Of a stretch of DNA of 64,000 nt, positions 52,145-64,000 are shown piece after piece. The notes beneath the pieces were generated by a model, which searched no databases, was not told where the DNA came from, and saw nothing but the letters and a program-made list of their open reading frames with translations. The first letter of the stretch is position 1; every line of letters begins with the position of its first letter. Position numbers and translations under genes: made by a program. This stretch comes from Lama glama (taxonomy: Eukaryota): contig CM052816.1 of assembly GCA_028534125.1 (NCBI GenBank), positions 46,936,001-47,000,000 on the forward strand, written 5' to 3'.

Positions 52145-53109
52145 TTATCTAATCTTTATTAGTGTATGTTAGCCCCCTTTCAGATACTTCTTTCAGAAAT
52201 GAAATGAATGGAGTACATGAATAGTGTTTTGTGATGTACTCTTATGCTCTCATTTTCTTGTAATGTTACTACTGTGAAGAAGTATAATTAAGACTTTGAT
52301 ATGAGCCATCAGTTTTGTTAGATTATGGTGATGAGTCTGGCTGTGGAACTCCTACATTCATGAAGAATTCATCTTCTTGCTGGCTAAGACAAGATGTGTA
52401 AATGCAATGATGCTTGGGACTCTCAGATAAGCTGCTTCTTCAACTCTGGGGTTCTTTGATGAATTGCTAGGGACAAACAGAAGGGTGGACCCAAGGATAC
52501 TGAAGAAGGTCAGGGTGCCTCTTTAAGTCTCTGGTTTGTGATTATGACACTGCCCCTTGCTTTCTCATTCTCTTCACCCAATCCATAGCTCCTGATCATC
52601 TCCAGAATGCCATAAAGCACTTTTCTTACCATAGAAAAAATTTTCATACAAATCATTGTAAACTGAGGCCCTTTGTCATGAATCAAAAAGCACTAACTCC
52701 TTTCCTACATAGGCCTAATTCTTCCTGGATTACTAAGATACTTACTTTATGTATGTACCATCTCCTGACTCTAATCTCAAACTGGCCAAACAAATGTGTC
52801 ATACCCAGGGTGATTATATTTCGTCCCAGAGTGGGTACGTTTAGAAGTATAAGATCTCTTCATTGATTTCTGTCCTGTTCCTTGATATACTCAAGCTTTT
52901 CAGCTCTTTACTCTGCTTTCTCAAATGTTTCTTACCTCTTTTTACTTGTTAACAAAACTCTGGTTTTTTTTTCCAGGTAGCATGCAAAACTAGGCTCACG
53001 GAAGATGAGCATATCTCTAGGAGATAAACCACAGTTAGTTTAAATCTTTCATCATAGCTCTGTTCTCCTTTGCCAGGGATTAGATTAGCAATGGGCATGT
53101 GACTCACCA

Positions 53110-54465
53110 CACTAGGGCGTATCATAATCAAATTGATCAAAACCAGTGATAAAAAATCTTTAAAGCAGCCATATTGAAAAAGGCATATTGTACAGAGGAA
53201 AAAAGGTAAGGATGACTATAGATTCCTCTTTGGAAACAATGCAAGTGAGAAGACAGTAAAGCAACAAGCATCGTCTTTACTCTTTGAAAGACCCCCCCAA
53301 AAATCTGTCAACTTAAAATTCCATACCCTTCAAAATTACCTTTCAAAGATAAAGGTGTTTCAGACAAACAAAATAACTCACAGACCGGCACCCCAAAATT
53401 GCTAAAAAAAAATTTCATAAGAAAGAAAGAAAGTGAGACCACATGGAAATAAAAACACTAAAATGGCTATTTCATGAATAATTTTCTTCTACTTAGGTCT
53501 CTTTTAGTTAGGTCTCTTTTAAAGATAATTGACCTGACAATTGATTGTATATGTTATATAAAGAACTCTCAAAACTCAACAGTGAAAAAAAAATCCAATT
53601 CGAAAATGTGCAAAAAGATATAAATAGACATTTCATTGAAGAAGATAGACAGATGGCAAACAGGCACATGAAAAGATGTTTAACGTCATTAAGGAAATGC
53701 AAATTAAAACTGCAATGAACACATCTATCAAAATGTCTAAAATAAAAAAAATAGTGATAGCACTAAATGCTGGCGAAGATATAGAGAAACTAGATTATTC
53801 ATACACTGCTGGTGAGAATGTAAAATTGTACAGCCACCCTGGAATATTTTCCAGGGTGCCGTACCATTGTGTGGCAGTTTTTAAAAAACTAAACATACAC
53901 GTACCATACAACCCAGCAATCACATTCCTGGGCATTTATCCCAGAGAAGTAAAACTTACATCCACGCCAAAACCTGTGCGCAAATGTTCAGAGTAGCTTT
54001 ATTTGTAATAGCCCCAAGCTGGAAACATCCCAAATATCTATAACATCTGAAGGGCTAAACAAATTGTGGAATAGCCATATGAAGGGATATGCATTCGTAT
54101 TCACAACAACATTGTCGCGAACTGTTAAGATGCACAAAAACATGAATGAACCTCAAAATAATTACTCTGAGGGAAAGAAGCCAGGCAAGAGTACATCTTG
54201 TCAGATTCGATTTGTATAAAATCCAGAAATTGCAAACTAATCAATAGTCCAGAAAGCAGGTAGAAAGTAGTTGACTGGGATTTGGGGGGAAAATCAGGGA
54301 GGGTCATTACAAAAGGATGTGAGAATACTTTTAGGAGTGATAGGTAAGTTCATTACCTTGGTTGTGGTGATTGTTTCATGGGTTTATGCATTTGTCAAAA
54401 CATCAGATAGTTCACATCAGTTTATTGCATGTCAGTTAATTTTCAGGTTAACTCAGTAAAACTGT
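53110..54465 (+). mobile_element. Old L1 (L1MC/ME-type): ORF1-region fragment joined to ORF2 end and 3'UTR
   Basis: 'catcataatcaaattg..aaaaccagtgataa'-like ORF1 segment; ORF 53676-53996 with IKEMQIKTA..YTAGENVKLYS..PYNPAITFLGIYPRE matches the L1 ORF2 C-terminus. Confidence 0.9.
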
Positions 54466-54895
54466 AGAGGTGGAGTCGATTTCCTTCCCCTGTGAGACTG
54501 CCTTAACTAAGTGAACGTGGTGGCCTTGAAGCTGTGTGGTCTCTGAGATTAAGTAAGGAAAATCCACGCAGCTTCTCCCAGTCTATTTTAGGGCACTCAC
54601 CTACATACTTACTGAGACACTGTGAAACAAGTATGGCTACTCTGAGTCCCCTCTGCTGGAAAGACCTTGTAGTGAGACCACATGGAGAGGTCGCAGGACT
54701 ACAAGCAGAGAGAGAGCTGCTCAGCCAGCCTCCATCTGACAAGTTGCCTGAACTCCAGCCATCATCTAATCACAGCTTCATGAGAGAGACCCCAACCAGA
54801 GCCATCCAGCTGAATACAGAGATAAAATAAACAGTTGTTGCTTTACCCCCTAAAGTCAGGGGATGATTTGTTACACAACAATAAGTGAGTAGAAT
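54466..54895 (+). mobile_element. MaLR LTR (MLT1G/H-like)
   Basis: 'agaggtggagtcgatttccttcccc', 'gtgagaccacatggagag', 'gggatgatttgttacacaacaata'. Confidence 0.75.
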
Positions 54896-55118
54896 GCTAC
54901 CCTGTCCAGAGTTTCCATGGTAATAGTATAACTTCCTTTCTTTTTAGGAAAGACTGTGTTAACAAATGGCTAAATGTGATTTGTGGTTTTTTTTATGACT
55001 TTCCATATTAAGAAATTTGTAAATCAGAAAAAATTATTTGACATCATATATGTCCAAGCTTTTGGTTTAGGAAAAAATAGGGAGAGCCTATCTGTAGAAT
55101 AAGAGAATTATTGGTTTC

Positions 55119-55163
55119 CCTGGGTTTAATCCCCAGTACTTCTGTTAAAAAAAAGAATAAAAA
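55119..55163 (+). mobile_element. 5'-truncated tRNA-derived SINE (B-box half plus A tail)
   Basis: 'cctgggtttaatccccagtacttctgttaaaaaaaagaataaaaa' parallels the 3' half of the adjacent full SINE. Confidence 0.75.
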
Positions 55164-55175
55164 CTCATTGTCTAA

Positions 55176-55321
55176 GGTGGGAGGGTAATAGCTCGGTGGT
55201 AGAGTGCATGCTTAGCATGCACAAGGTCCTGGGTTCAATCCTCTGTACCTCCATTAAAATAAATAAATTTTTAAAAATTAAGTAAAAAATAAATAAATAA
55301 ATAAAAAATAATAAATAAATA
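55176..55321 (+). mobile_element. Camelid tRNA-Ala-derived SINE (Vic-1-like) with (AAAT)n tail
   Basis: A box 'tagctcggtgg', anticodon-like 'cttagcatg' (AGC), B box 'ggttcaatcc', A-rich tail. Confidence 0.9.
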
Positions 55322-55438
55322 AATAAGAGAATCACTGGTTTCAGTCTAAAACCTTCCAATTTAGCTTAAATCTATCATACAATCAATCAGCCAATAAACT
55401 ACTGAATGGTGGTTTTGTGGAGGATACAAAAGATATTT

Positions 55439-55626
55439 CTCTGATCATTTTGTTTGCACCAAAAACCAGTATTGTACAAAGTATTAAGCATATATTTTTA
55501 TATTTACTAAAATGAACTGTGGTGACTTTGGATTATAAGAAAAAGTTTAATGTTAAAGCCATGTTTATTACAGTATAATTCACATGTCACACCATAGGAT
55601 AAATGTGATCAATAAAAAATCACAAA
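55439..55626 (+). pseudogene. Probable retrocopied mRNA 3'UTR end (parent unidentified), inserted in an L2 remnant
   Basis: 3'UTR-like AT-rich sequence, AATAAA at 55611, flanked by atacaaaagatattt (55424-55438) / atacaaaacatatct (55627-55641). Confidence 0.5.
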
Positions 55627-56434
55627 ATACAAAACATATCTGGCCTGCCCTGTCGTCCAGGGGTTTTCACCTGGATGTTGAAATAAGGCCTGTTTGCAGT
55701 AGGATAAGGTGAAATGTCTTCATGGAAGAGAAAGAATTTGAGCTGTAAGTGGTAGGTTAGGAATAACAAAGTTGTTTGAACAATTTTGAATTACCTCCTT
55801 TTGTCTCAAAGGAAAATTTATTGTGCATGATTATCCTATTAATACTGAACATCAGAAAACACAACCTGAGGACCCTTATTTGCTAATCAGGCAATTTCCA
55901 TCCCACAGTTCATGCACTTCCTTTAATGCAAGATTATTCCTGAGTGTATATTTTTCAAACACGTTGTCTGCTTTAATTTGAAATAATCTTAGCAATGGGA
56001 CAATTGTAATCCAGCTAATGTGAGGATGAACAGAGGTGCTGCTTAATGCATTCATGCTGAGAGGTGATGGATTTTATATAAATAGTAGCTAATAGTGTTA
56101 ACCTATATTAGGTCTAGGAAATGATTTCCAGTGTTTTTGCATTCAGAGTTTATATACTAGAAATGAATCTCACTTTGTACTCAAGTAATCTCTAGTCATT
56201 GCAAGAAGTAAGGGCCACGAACAAAATTGAGGGCCCCCAAATTTATGTCTGGGTGGCCAAATGAAGTAAGTAAATTCTCCATTTTGAACCCTGTTATGTG
56301 CTGTGTAATGCATTTTAAAGTTGAATCAAGTAAGCTGAGCCTTCCAGTGTATGGAACCCTGTCTACACTGGCTCTCTTGGGCCAACTGTCATCATCTCTT
56401 TCCAATTCTACATACACTGACATCTCATTGGAAG

Positions 56435-56555
56435 CTTGAAACCAGCCAGGGTGGGAGTATTTACACCACGAAAATGGGAACTGCTACAAGTCAGACCTGT
56501 CCCTACCCCTGCTCCTCCCACCCCAGAATAGATTGTTAAACATTTATTAATACAA
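56435..56555. mobile_element. MER63-like hAT-Blackjack fragment
   Basis: 'ggtgggagtatttacaccacgaaaatggg..ctgctacaagtcag...gttaaacattta'. Confidence 0.7.
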
Positions 56556-58529
56556 GCCTAGCTGAACTTCAAGTCTTTGGATACAAATCAATTTCAGTAG
56601 GTTTCTCTGAGTTAGGACTGATTTGAAAGGTGATGAGCTATATTGTAGATGAGGCCAAGGCCAAAAAAGAGAGGGTAAGAATGACTTCCCAGGACAGAAA
56701 AGAAGCAGGTAATCAGTTTTCAAGATCATATTTATCATAGAGATAAATCCATGTATATACGTGTTCTTCTTCGCCAGCTTCTACCAATCCTTGTGCAACA
56801 TAAGGGTGATTTCTTAACTTCTCCAAGAGAGGAAAGAGGGAAATAAGGGCCAGTGAGGCAGTGAGAGTCCTCACCACCAGCAGCTCCAGAAGCACAACAG
56901 GGGGAAGCTGAATGCTTCGGAGTGGGAAGCGATGTGCAGATGAGAGGCTTGGCCACCAAGATCCCAAAAGTCTGTCTCGGGAGGTTTGAACACCAGGAAA
57001 AGCTCCAGGGAGCTGGTGTGATGCTAAGACAAGTAAGCGTTAAATACTGAAGCTAAGAGTTGCAGGCTACACAAGAACATTCATTGTAACTAGGGGCCAA
57101 TACATTTTTTGTATTTTCATTTTGTTTAATAGCTCTTTAAAGTATAGTGTGCACGTTAATAGACATAAATGTTTACATCTATCACTGCTTTAGTAAAAGA
57201 GGTGCTTTTGTAATAGAGGAAACTGCAGGAAAAGAAATGGACTGTGAATCCTCACATCACTGCGTGGTAGGCCATGACTGGAGAAGCGATTTCCACCAGC
57301 TGGTGAGGGTTCTCATACTGCCGACCCGAAAATAGTGGCCTCAGGAGTCAACCCAGACCCACGTGTGTAGAGAGAGTATGTAAGGTGGCGCGCTTATACA
57401 ATTCAGTGTCACAGCTTTGCAGGAGAATTAGATGGAAAGGAAATGAAGGACTGGGGAGTACTGTTGCTGTGTGAGCCTTTCTCTAGGATAGTGATAAATT
57501 TGAGAAACGGGTTTGAACCACGATCAGAGTTAAGCACCTGCAGTAACCACCATGTTTGCATTTTTAAATGTAAAATACAGTGATACCGGCTCTATGGCTC
57601 TGCAAATCCCTTTTAATTGATTCCCCATCAACTATTTTCTCTGTTCCAGGTTCCTACTTGAATAAACATATCTGTTGCACTGTTAAAATTCATTCATCTC
57701 TAGACTCTTTAAATAAGAACACTATCAGAAGATTACAAATCTTGACCATGAAAGTATACGCAGTGCAGTTATGTGTGTACAAGACTGAGTATGGGGTTTG
57801 CCTTTGGAAATAGTTTTCCGGTTGACGGGCCCAGCAGACAGCACTCATCCTCCACATCTCCTGCACATTTCCAAGCGGAGCTTCTCTGGGCTATTGCCTC
57901 CTGATATGTGCGACTTCCTTACACCTTTCCACTATTTCCTCTTCTCATTGGCATTTATAACTCCCAGGTTTATATCATTTATGGATTTCATTCATGTGCC
58001 ATTTACCATTTTTCCAAATAATTAAGCCCAAAATTACATTAGAGCTTGCTCAAGCTGTTTGCCACTTGGATAAATTATACATCATGGCTTCTCCAGTCAA
58101 TCACCATCTAGCATTTGCAACATTCTGCAAGTCGCTTAGCTTTATAAGTTGTCTTCCCTGGCAGCCCTTGGGAGAACGAGGCTTACCTAGGGAATTACAG
58201 TAAGAAAAACGTGCAGCAGTTGATTTTGGTTTTCTTTTAACATTTCAACTTGAATGTTCTTCCAGTGTCCCTTCTGTGGAAAAGAATATTATTATCCTTT
58301 TATTCTATACTGGTCAACACTAATATTTTAGAAATCAAGAAGATGGAGAACATTTTCACTAATATTTGACTAAGGTTTACTACATATAAAGAAGTATGGA
58401 AATCATTTTCATATATATTGTCCCTTTATGGACTTTCAAGTTTTAAAATTCAGGTAGATAATAGTATTATTAGCTATGTGTAAATTGTCTTTTTTCCTTG
58501 TTTGGAACTTGTCTAAACTGGGATAAATG

Positions 58530-58770
58530 TGGAGTATTTATTCACTGCTGTATCCCTGTGACCTGACATAGTAGGCACTTCATAAATATTTGTTGATGAA
58601 TATTAATAAAATTAATGACTAACAGACTGAATAAATTTATCATCCTCTGATGATAAAAATTGGAATACAAGTTTCATGAATAGAGAAGCCCTGTCTATAT
58701 TGTCAACTGATGTCTCTTGCTTAACACAGTGCCTTGGCAATATGGCGTGTGCTCAATAAATGACTCTCGT
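58530..58770 (+). mobile_element. Two L2 3' end fragments
   Basis: 'ttcactgctgtatccctgtgacctgacatagtaggcacttcataaatatttgttgatgaat' and 'acacagtgccttggcaatatggcgtgtgctcaataaatg'. Confidence 0.75.
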
Positions 58771-59787
58771 CCAGTACTCCAGCAGACATCACCCAGGTAA
58801 AGCAAGTCTGCCAGTCTTAGTGGGGGCCCCCTAGCAATTTGCGTGGTCAGTTGTCTGAATCACTGTCCCTGTTTCTCCAAATATTTCAGTGTATTCAATA
58901 TTTAAGGAAAGGTGTACAACATGTGTCCGGTGGCTGCAATATTTGGCACACCTTAAGTCCAGAGTATCTGAATTTGAAACCATAATTTCATTAGTGCAAA
59001 GGCTCTTAATTCATCTTTTTTAATTCATTATTTTCTTATTTTAAAGTAACACATATTATGAAAAATAAATTATTTTCTTATTATTGGAAACTTACAAATC
59101 GGTGATAAATAAAAAGAAAATAAAGTTCACATTTTCAACACTCAGAATAGCTACTGTTAAAATTTTGATATTTATCCTTCAATTATATATGCAATGTATG
59201 TATTTGTAGATATTACTGCTACATTACATGTGATTTTGACACTTGCTCATTCCCGAACAGATTTAACATAAACGTTTTCCTGTGCTTTAAATATTCTTCA
59301 TGGAATTATTTTAATGATCTGGAATCCTCTTTTCCCAGGTCATTGCATGCCTGATTTCTTCTTATTCTATAGATCTCACCTTCTCCGTCTCCTGAGTGAG
59401 GCTTCCTTGATTACTTCAGTCAGTGGCCGCCACTCCCCACCCCCAGGTTTTCCCTATCCTATGACCTTTCTCGAAGCATGGAACGTATCTTTATTCATTA
59501 TTACATTCCCAGTGCCTAATCAGTGTCTGACCGCTGCTTAAGTATTTTTGAAAAAGATGAATAAGTGAAGGATTGAAAGGATGAAGAAAATTCTATTGAT
59601 GAGTCCACCATAGTGACTTAATGCCCCTATTTGTATACATGCAGGGCATATACATCCCTTTTATTATTATGACATTGCTTTCATACGTTTCTTTGGATAA
59701 ATTTTTGCACACATTTATGATTATTTTCTTAATTTATATTACTAGAAGTAAAATTGCTGGGTCTAAGGATAAGTAAAATGTTAGGAT

Positions 59788-61425
59788 CTTTTTTTATTAA
59801 AAATTTTTTATTGAAGTATAGTCAGTTTACAATGCTGTGCTAATTTCTGGTGTACAGCATAGTGATTCAGTTATACATATATATGATATAAATTCCTTTT
59901 CATATTCTTTTTCATTATAGGCTATTATAAGATATTGAATATAGTTCCCTGTGATATACAGTAGGCCTTTCTTGTTTCTATTTTACATATATATAGTAGT
60001 GTGTATCTGAAAATCCCAAACTCCTAACTTATCATTGCCCCCCTAACTCCTTTCCCTGCCCTGGTAACCATAATTTTGTTTTCTGAGTCTGTTTCTATTT
60101 TGTAAATAAGTTCATTTGTCTTATTCTTTTTTAGATTCTGCATATAAGTGATATTATATGGTATTTTTCTTTCTCTTTCTGGCTTACTTCACTTAGTATG
60201 ACAATCTCCAGATCCATCCACGTTGCTGCAAGTGACATTATTTTATTCTTTTTTATGGCTGAGTAGTATTCCATTATATTTATATTTATATATATTATAT
60301 TTATGTTATATTTATATATGTATTTATATACACCCCCCACAACCCCCAACACCTTCTTTATCCATTCAACTGTCAATGGACATTTAGTTTGCTTCCATGT
60401 CTTGGCTATCATAAATAGTGCTGCTGTGAATGCTGGGGTGCATGTATCTTTTCAAATTAGAATTTCCCCCAGATATATACTCAGGAGTGGGGTTGCTGGA
60501 TTGTATGGTAAGTCTGTTTTTAATTTTTTGAGGACTCTCCATACTGTTCTCCATAATGGCTGCATCAAACTACATTGCCACCAACAGTGCAGGAGGGTTC
60601 CCTTTTTTCAACATCCTCTCCAGCATTTATTGTTTGTGGACTTTTGAATGATGGCCATTCTGACTAGTGTGAGGTAATACCTCCTTGTAGTTTTGATTTG
60701 CATTTCTCTGATAATTTGCAATATTGAGTATTTTTTCATATGCCTGTTGGCCATTTGTATGTCTTCATTGAAGAATTGCTTATCTAGATCTTCTGCCCAT
60801 TTTTTGATTGGGTTGTTTGTTTTTTTCTTATTAAATTGTATGAGCTATTTATATATTATGGAAATTAAGCCCTTGTCAATCTCATCTTTTGCAAATATTT
60901 TTTCCCATTCCTTATGTTGCCTTTTTATTTTGCTTATGGTTTCCTTTGCTGTGCAAAAGCTTATAAGTTTATTTGTTTGTTTATTTTTGGTTTTATTTCT
61001 ATTGCTTGGGTAGACTGCCCTAGAGAACATTGCTGAGATTTATGTTGGATGATGTTTTGCCTATGTTTGCTTCTAAGAGGTTTATTGTATCTTATCTTAT
61101 ATTTAAGTCTTCAAGCCATTTTGAGTTTATTTTTGTGTATAATGTGAGGGAGTATTCTAACTTCATTGATTTACAAGCAGCTGTCCAGTTTTCCCAACAC
61201 CATTTGCTGAAGAGACTGTCTTTACTCCATTGTATGTTCTTGCTTCCTTTGTCAAGAATTAATTGACCAAACCTTTATAGATTTATTTCTTGGCTCTCGA
61301 TTCTTTTCCATTGATCCATATGTCTGTTTTTGTACCAATACCATGCTATTTTAATTACTGTAGCTCTGTAGTATTGTCTGAAGCCTGGGAGGGTTATTCC
61401 TTCAGCTTCATACTTTTTCTTCAGT
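59788..61425 (-). mobile_element. Lineage-specific L1, 5'-truncated (ORF2 3' part plus 3'UTR)
   Basis: Minus ORFs: [107 protein letters not shown]; poly-T tail at ~59788. Confidence 0.97.
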
Positions 61426-61429
61426 GATG

Positions 61430-62960
61430 ATAAGCATATAATTATTTTCATATGCTTGTTGGTCATTGTCATTTCTTTTTTTCCTTTGGTGAATTGTCTA
61501 TTCATGTAGTTGCCAATTTAATATTTTTAATTGATTTATGAGTTCATTGTATACTAAGAATTTATTTAATTTCTTGTTATTCATTTGTCAACTGTTTCCC
61601 ACAATTCTTGGTTCCCTATCACTTTTATTATTGTATTACAGTTTTATATGTAGACTTTAAAAGATACACAAGAATTAGAGATAACACACATTAAAATCCA
61701 TTTATCACTCAGATTCAACAACATCAGCTCCTGCCTAATCTTGTTTTACCTCCCTCCACTCAATTTCCCTATCTTATTGCTTCCCAACTTCTGATTATGT
61801 TGAAAATCTCATATATTGTATCATTTAATCTGTAAATATTTTAATATGTATCTTTAAAAGAAAAAGACTCTCCCTTTTTAACATAGCCTCAATAGTAAAA
61901 TAATAGTTTATAGTGTAAAACAGAGGAAATTTTCAATTTTTATGTAATTTTAATCTTTTTCTTTATGGTTTCTGCTTTTGTTATTTTGAGAGAAACTTTT
62001 CATACTTTATGAATATATAAAAAATTCACTTATTTTGCTCCAGGGTTTTAATACATAGACTTTATAGAAAGTATTGAAAATACAAATAAATAAAAAGAGT
62101 TGAATCTTACAACTCATACATATCACTCTCAACATTAGTGTGCAGAATATATTCTGGAAATAGTTTAAAATTTATTTTAATTTTTACAAAATTAAACCAT
62201 ATTATTTTGTAATTTGATACTTAATTTATTGTAAATGTCATTCCATGTTGATAAATATTGACTTATGTTATTATTTTCTAAAGGTGCATAATATTTCATT
62301 TAAAAACTATGTCATAATTTATTTTGCACAATGCCCTAGTGCTAGGTATTAGATGGAGTGAAATCTTTTAACCACATAAATTATTAATTAAACAAATATT
62401 GAATCCCTATGGTATGCCAGACACTATATTTGGCACTGAAGAAACAAAGTTAAAAAAACACACATACACAGACACACAGACACAGACACAGACACATACA
62501 CACACACAGTGCAGGTTCCTGTCTGATATATGGCTTAATGTAGTCATGAACATTTTTGTTCAAATATTTTTGCACCATTTGAATTGTTTCTTTTGAATAT
62601 ATTCCTAAAAATGAAAAACACTTTTAAAAAGTAATTTTTAGAAATCCTGTTAAGTTCTCCTACAAAATTATTGTGACATTTTACATTTTCACTTGCACTA
62701 TGTCATATAACTATATGTTAAGACCAGGTATCATTGCTCTTTTCAATCTTTGATAATCTGATAGATGAAAAATGATTTGTCACAGCTGTTTATCGTAGTA
62801 TTTCAATTATTACTAGTGATTGTAACTACTTGTTCATATGCTTATTGAATGTTTGTATTTCTTCTTTTATGAATTGTAATGTTCTTTGCACATGTTTTTC
62901 TCATTGAGGTGTCTGATTTCTCATCCTTTACAATTGCTTTTTAAATTTAAACAATGCAAC
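61430..62960 (-). mobile_element. Fragmented old L1 (L1ME-like) pieces, also present at ~59010-59780
   Basis: T-rich antisense L1 motifs such as 'ttttcatatgcttgttggtcattg..ttcttt..gtgaattgtctattcatgt' and 'ttcatatgcttattgaatgtttgtatttcttctttatgaattg'. Confidence 0.65.
62457..62508. repeat. Compound (CA)/(CAGACA)n microsatellite
   Basis: Directly visible. Confidence 0.95.
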
Positions 62961-64000
62961 ACAACAGTGGTTACAAGTAGAGGTCATATGTGTAAAAATA
63001 TTAAAAACTTTTTGATATGTAAATAATTGTAAGCCTTTAAATTTGAAGTCTATCTACAAGAATAATAATGATTCAATTTGAATATTTTCCTAAATTGTTC
63101 AACAGTATCTGCATAGATATTCTTATACTGGAGGACTCAATATAAGGCGCCAATCTAGGAATAGGTCAAATGCTTATTTAGAGGTAAATATAAAACAAAT
63201 ATAACATGTTGAAAGACAGAAGGAATGGGCCTTCAGTGGTTGTTGAATTGCTAATGGGTTATAGATAGTCTCCCGGTTCAAAAGTGGTAGTATTGGCCAT
63301 GAGAAATAGTCATTGCTATCTGCCAGCTGTTAGATTATACAAAGTGATGTTGAGAACTTGGAATAATTCTTAATGTGAGTGGAACAAAAGTCACCAATGC
63401 AATTAGCACCCTTGTGGGCAATCTTAAGAGAAAAGCTAAAGATTGAGTGATTGTGGAGTATAAAGTACATTTTCACCTACAGGACAAACTGGTATGGAAA
63501 CATAGACTTCCTTAGATTAGACTCTACTTGGTGAATAGGGAACTGATTTCAATTTCTAGGGCCACTAATCTCCTACCTTTTGTGGGTAGTAAATTATCTT
63601 TAAATTAAGACAAACAAACAGTATACCTGTCAGACTGTGTGTCAGAATAAACACAGGCTGCCAACAACTAGTAATTAGGACCTCTAACCCGAACTACTTA
63701 AATGGCTTTGGCAAGTAGAGGACCATAAAACCAATTTTCATTTTCAAGGAGGAAAATAACTTTTAATCAAGAATCTGAAAAAAAATGACATACTTTTTCA
63801 TTTTTCTTACAAGCAGACAATCACATTGAGTTTCTTTAACCACAACATTTTCATGCATAAACTGAGTGATGTCTCTTCTGTGTGTGCCACCTTTGGGGGT
63901 TGTTTTTGTTCTTATTTTTGTTCTAATGTTTCATACCCAAATTAAGAGTAGTGTTTTAAAGGTGGAAGCACAATCATTCCTGACTTTCAGTACATGTGGG

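Noticed and set aside
55176..55255. tRNA-Ala gene
   Set aside because: The acceptor stem is imperfect, and the A-rich tail and TSD identify it as a SINE
4435..62960. Inferring the host-gene strand from repeat orientation bias
   Set aside because: LTRs are mostly plus while L1s are mixed (young ones minus); the signals conflict and the counts are too small
1..64000. The listed six-frame ORFs as protein-coding genes
   Set aside because: All are 136 aa or shorter and many start at non-ATG codons. They are random, low-complexity or repeat-derived; only the L1 ORF2 remnants are recognisable.

Overview
This is AT-rich eutherian genomic DNA, very probably camelid (camel/alpaca/llama). The species call rests on a tRNA-Ala-derived Vic-1-type SINE at about 55.2 kb and on young L1 3' ends. 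I find no credible protein-coding gene, rRNA, tRNA gene or recognisable miRNA/snoRNA. The only ORFs with recognisable homology are degraded L1 ORF2 fragments, and there is a short ERVL pol remnant outside the ORF track. The two flanks (1-30.3 kb and 51.9-64 kb) are dense with old interspersed repeats (L2, MIR, MLT1/MLT2 LTRs, hAT MER5/Charlie/MER63, L1). Between them is a ~21 kb block (30.4-51.8 kb) nearly free of transposons. It carries CpG-retaining patches, several perfect octamers, a perfect DR3 nuclear-receptor element, G4 motifs, a long (GA)n tract and well-formed minus-strand splice signals. This pattern suggests a constrained regulatory region and possibly a spliced non-coding (or 5'-UTR) transcript, but I could not name the locus. 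Retrotransposition oddities include a 5'-inverted L1, a ~25-bp L1 tail, a dimeric SINE inside one target-site duplication (TSD) and a retrocopied mRNA 3' end. I see no evidence for a novel protein-based system. Repeat subfamily names come from recalled consensus sequences, not from a database search, and boundaries are approximate.
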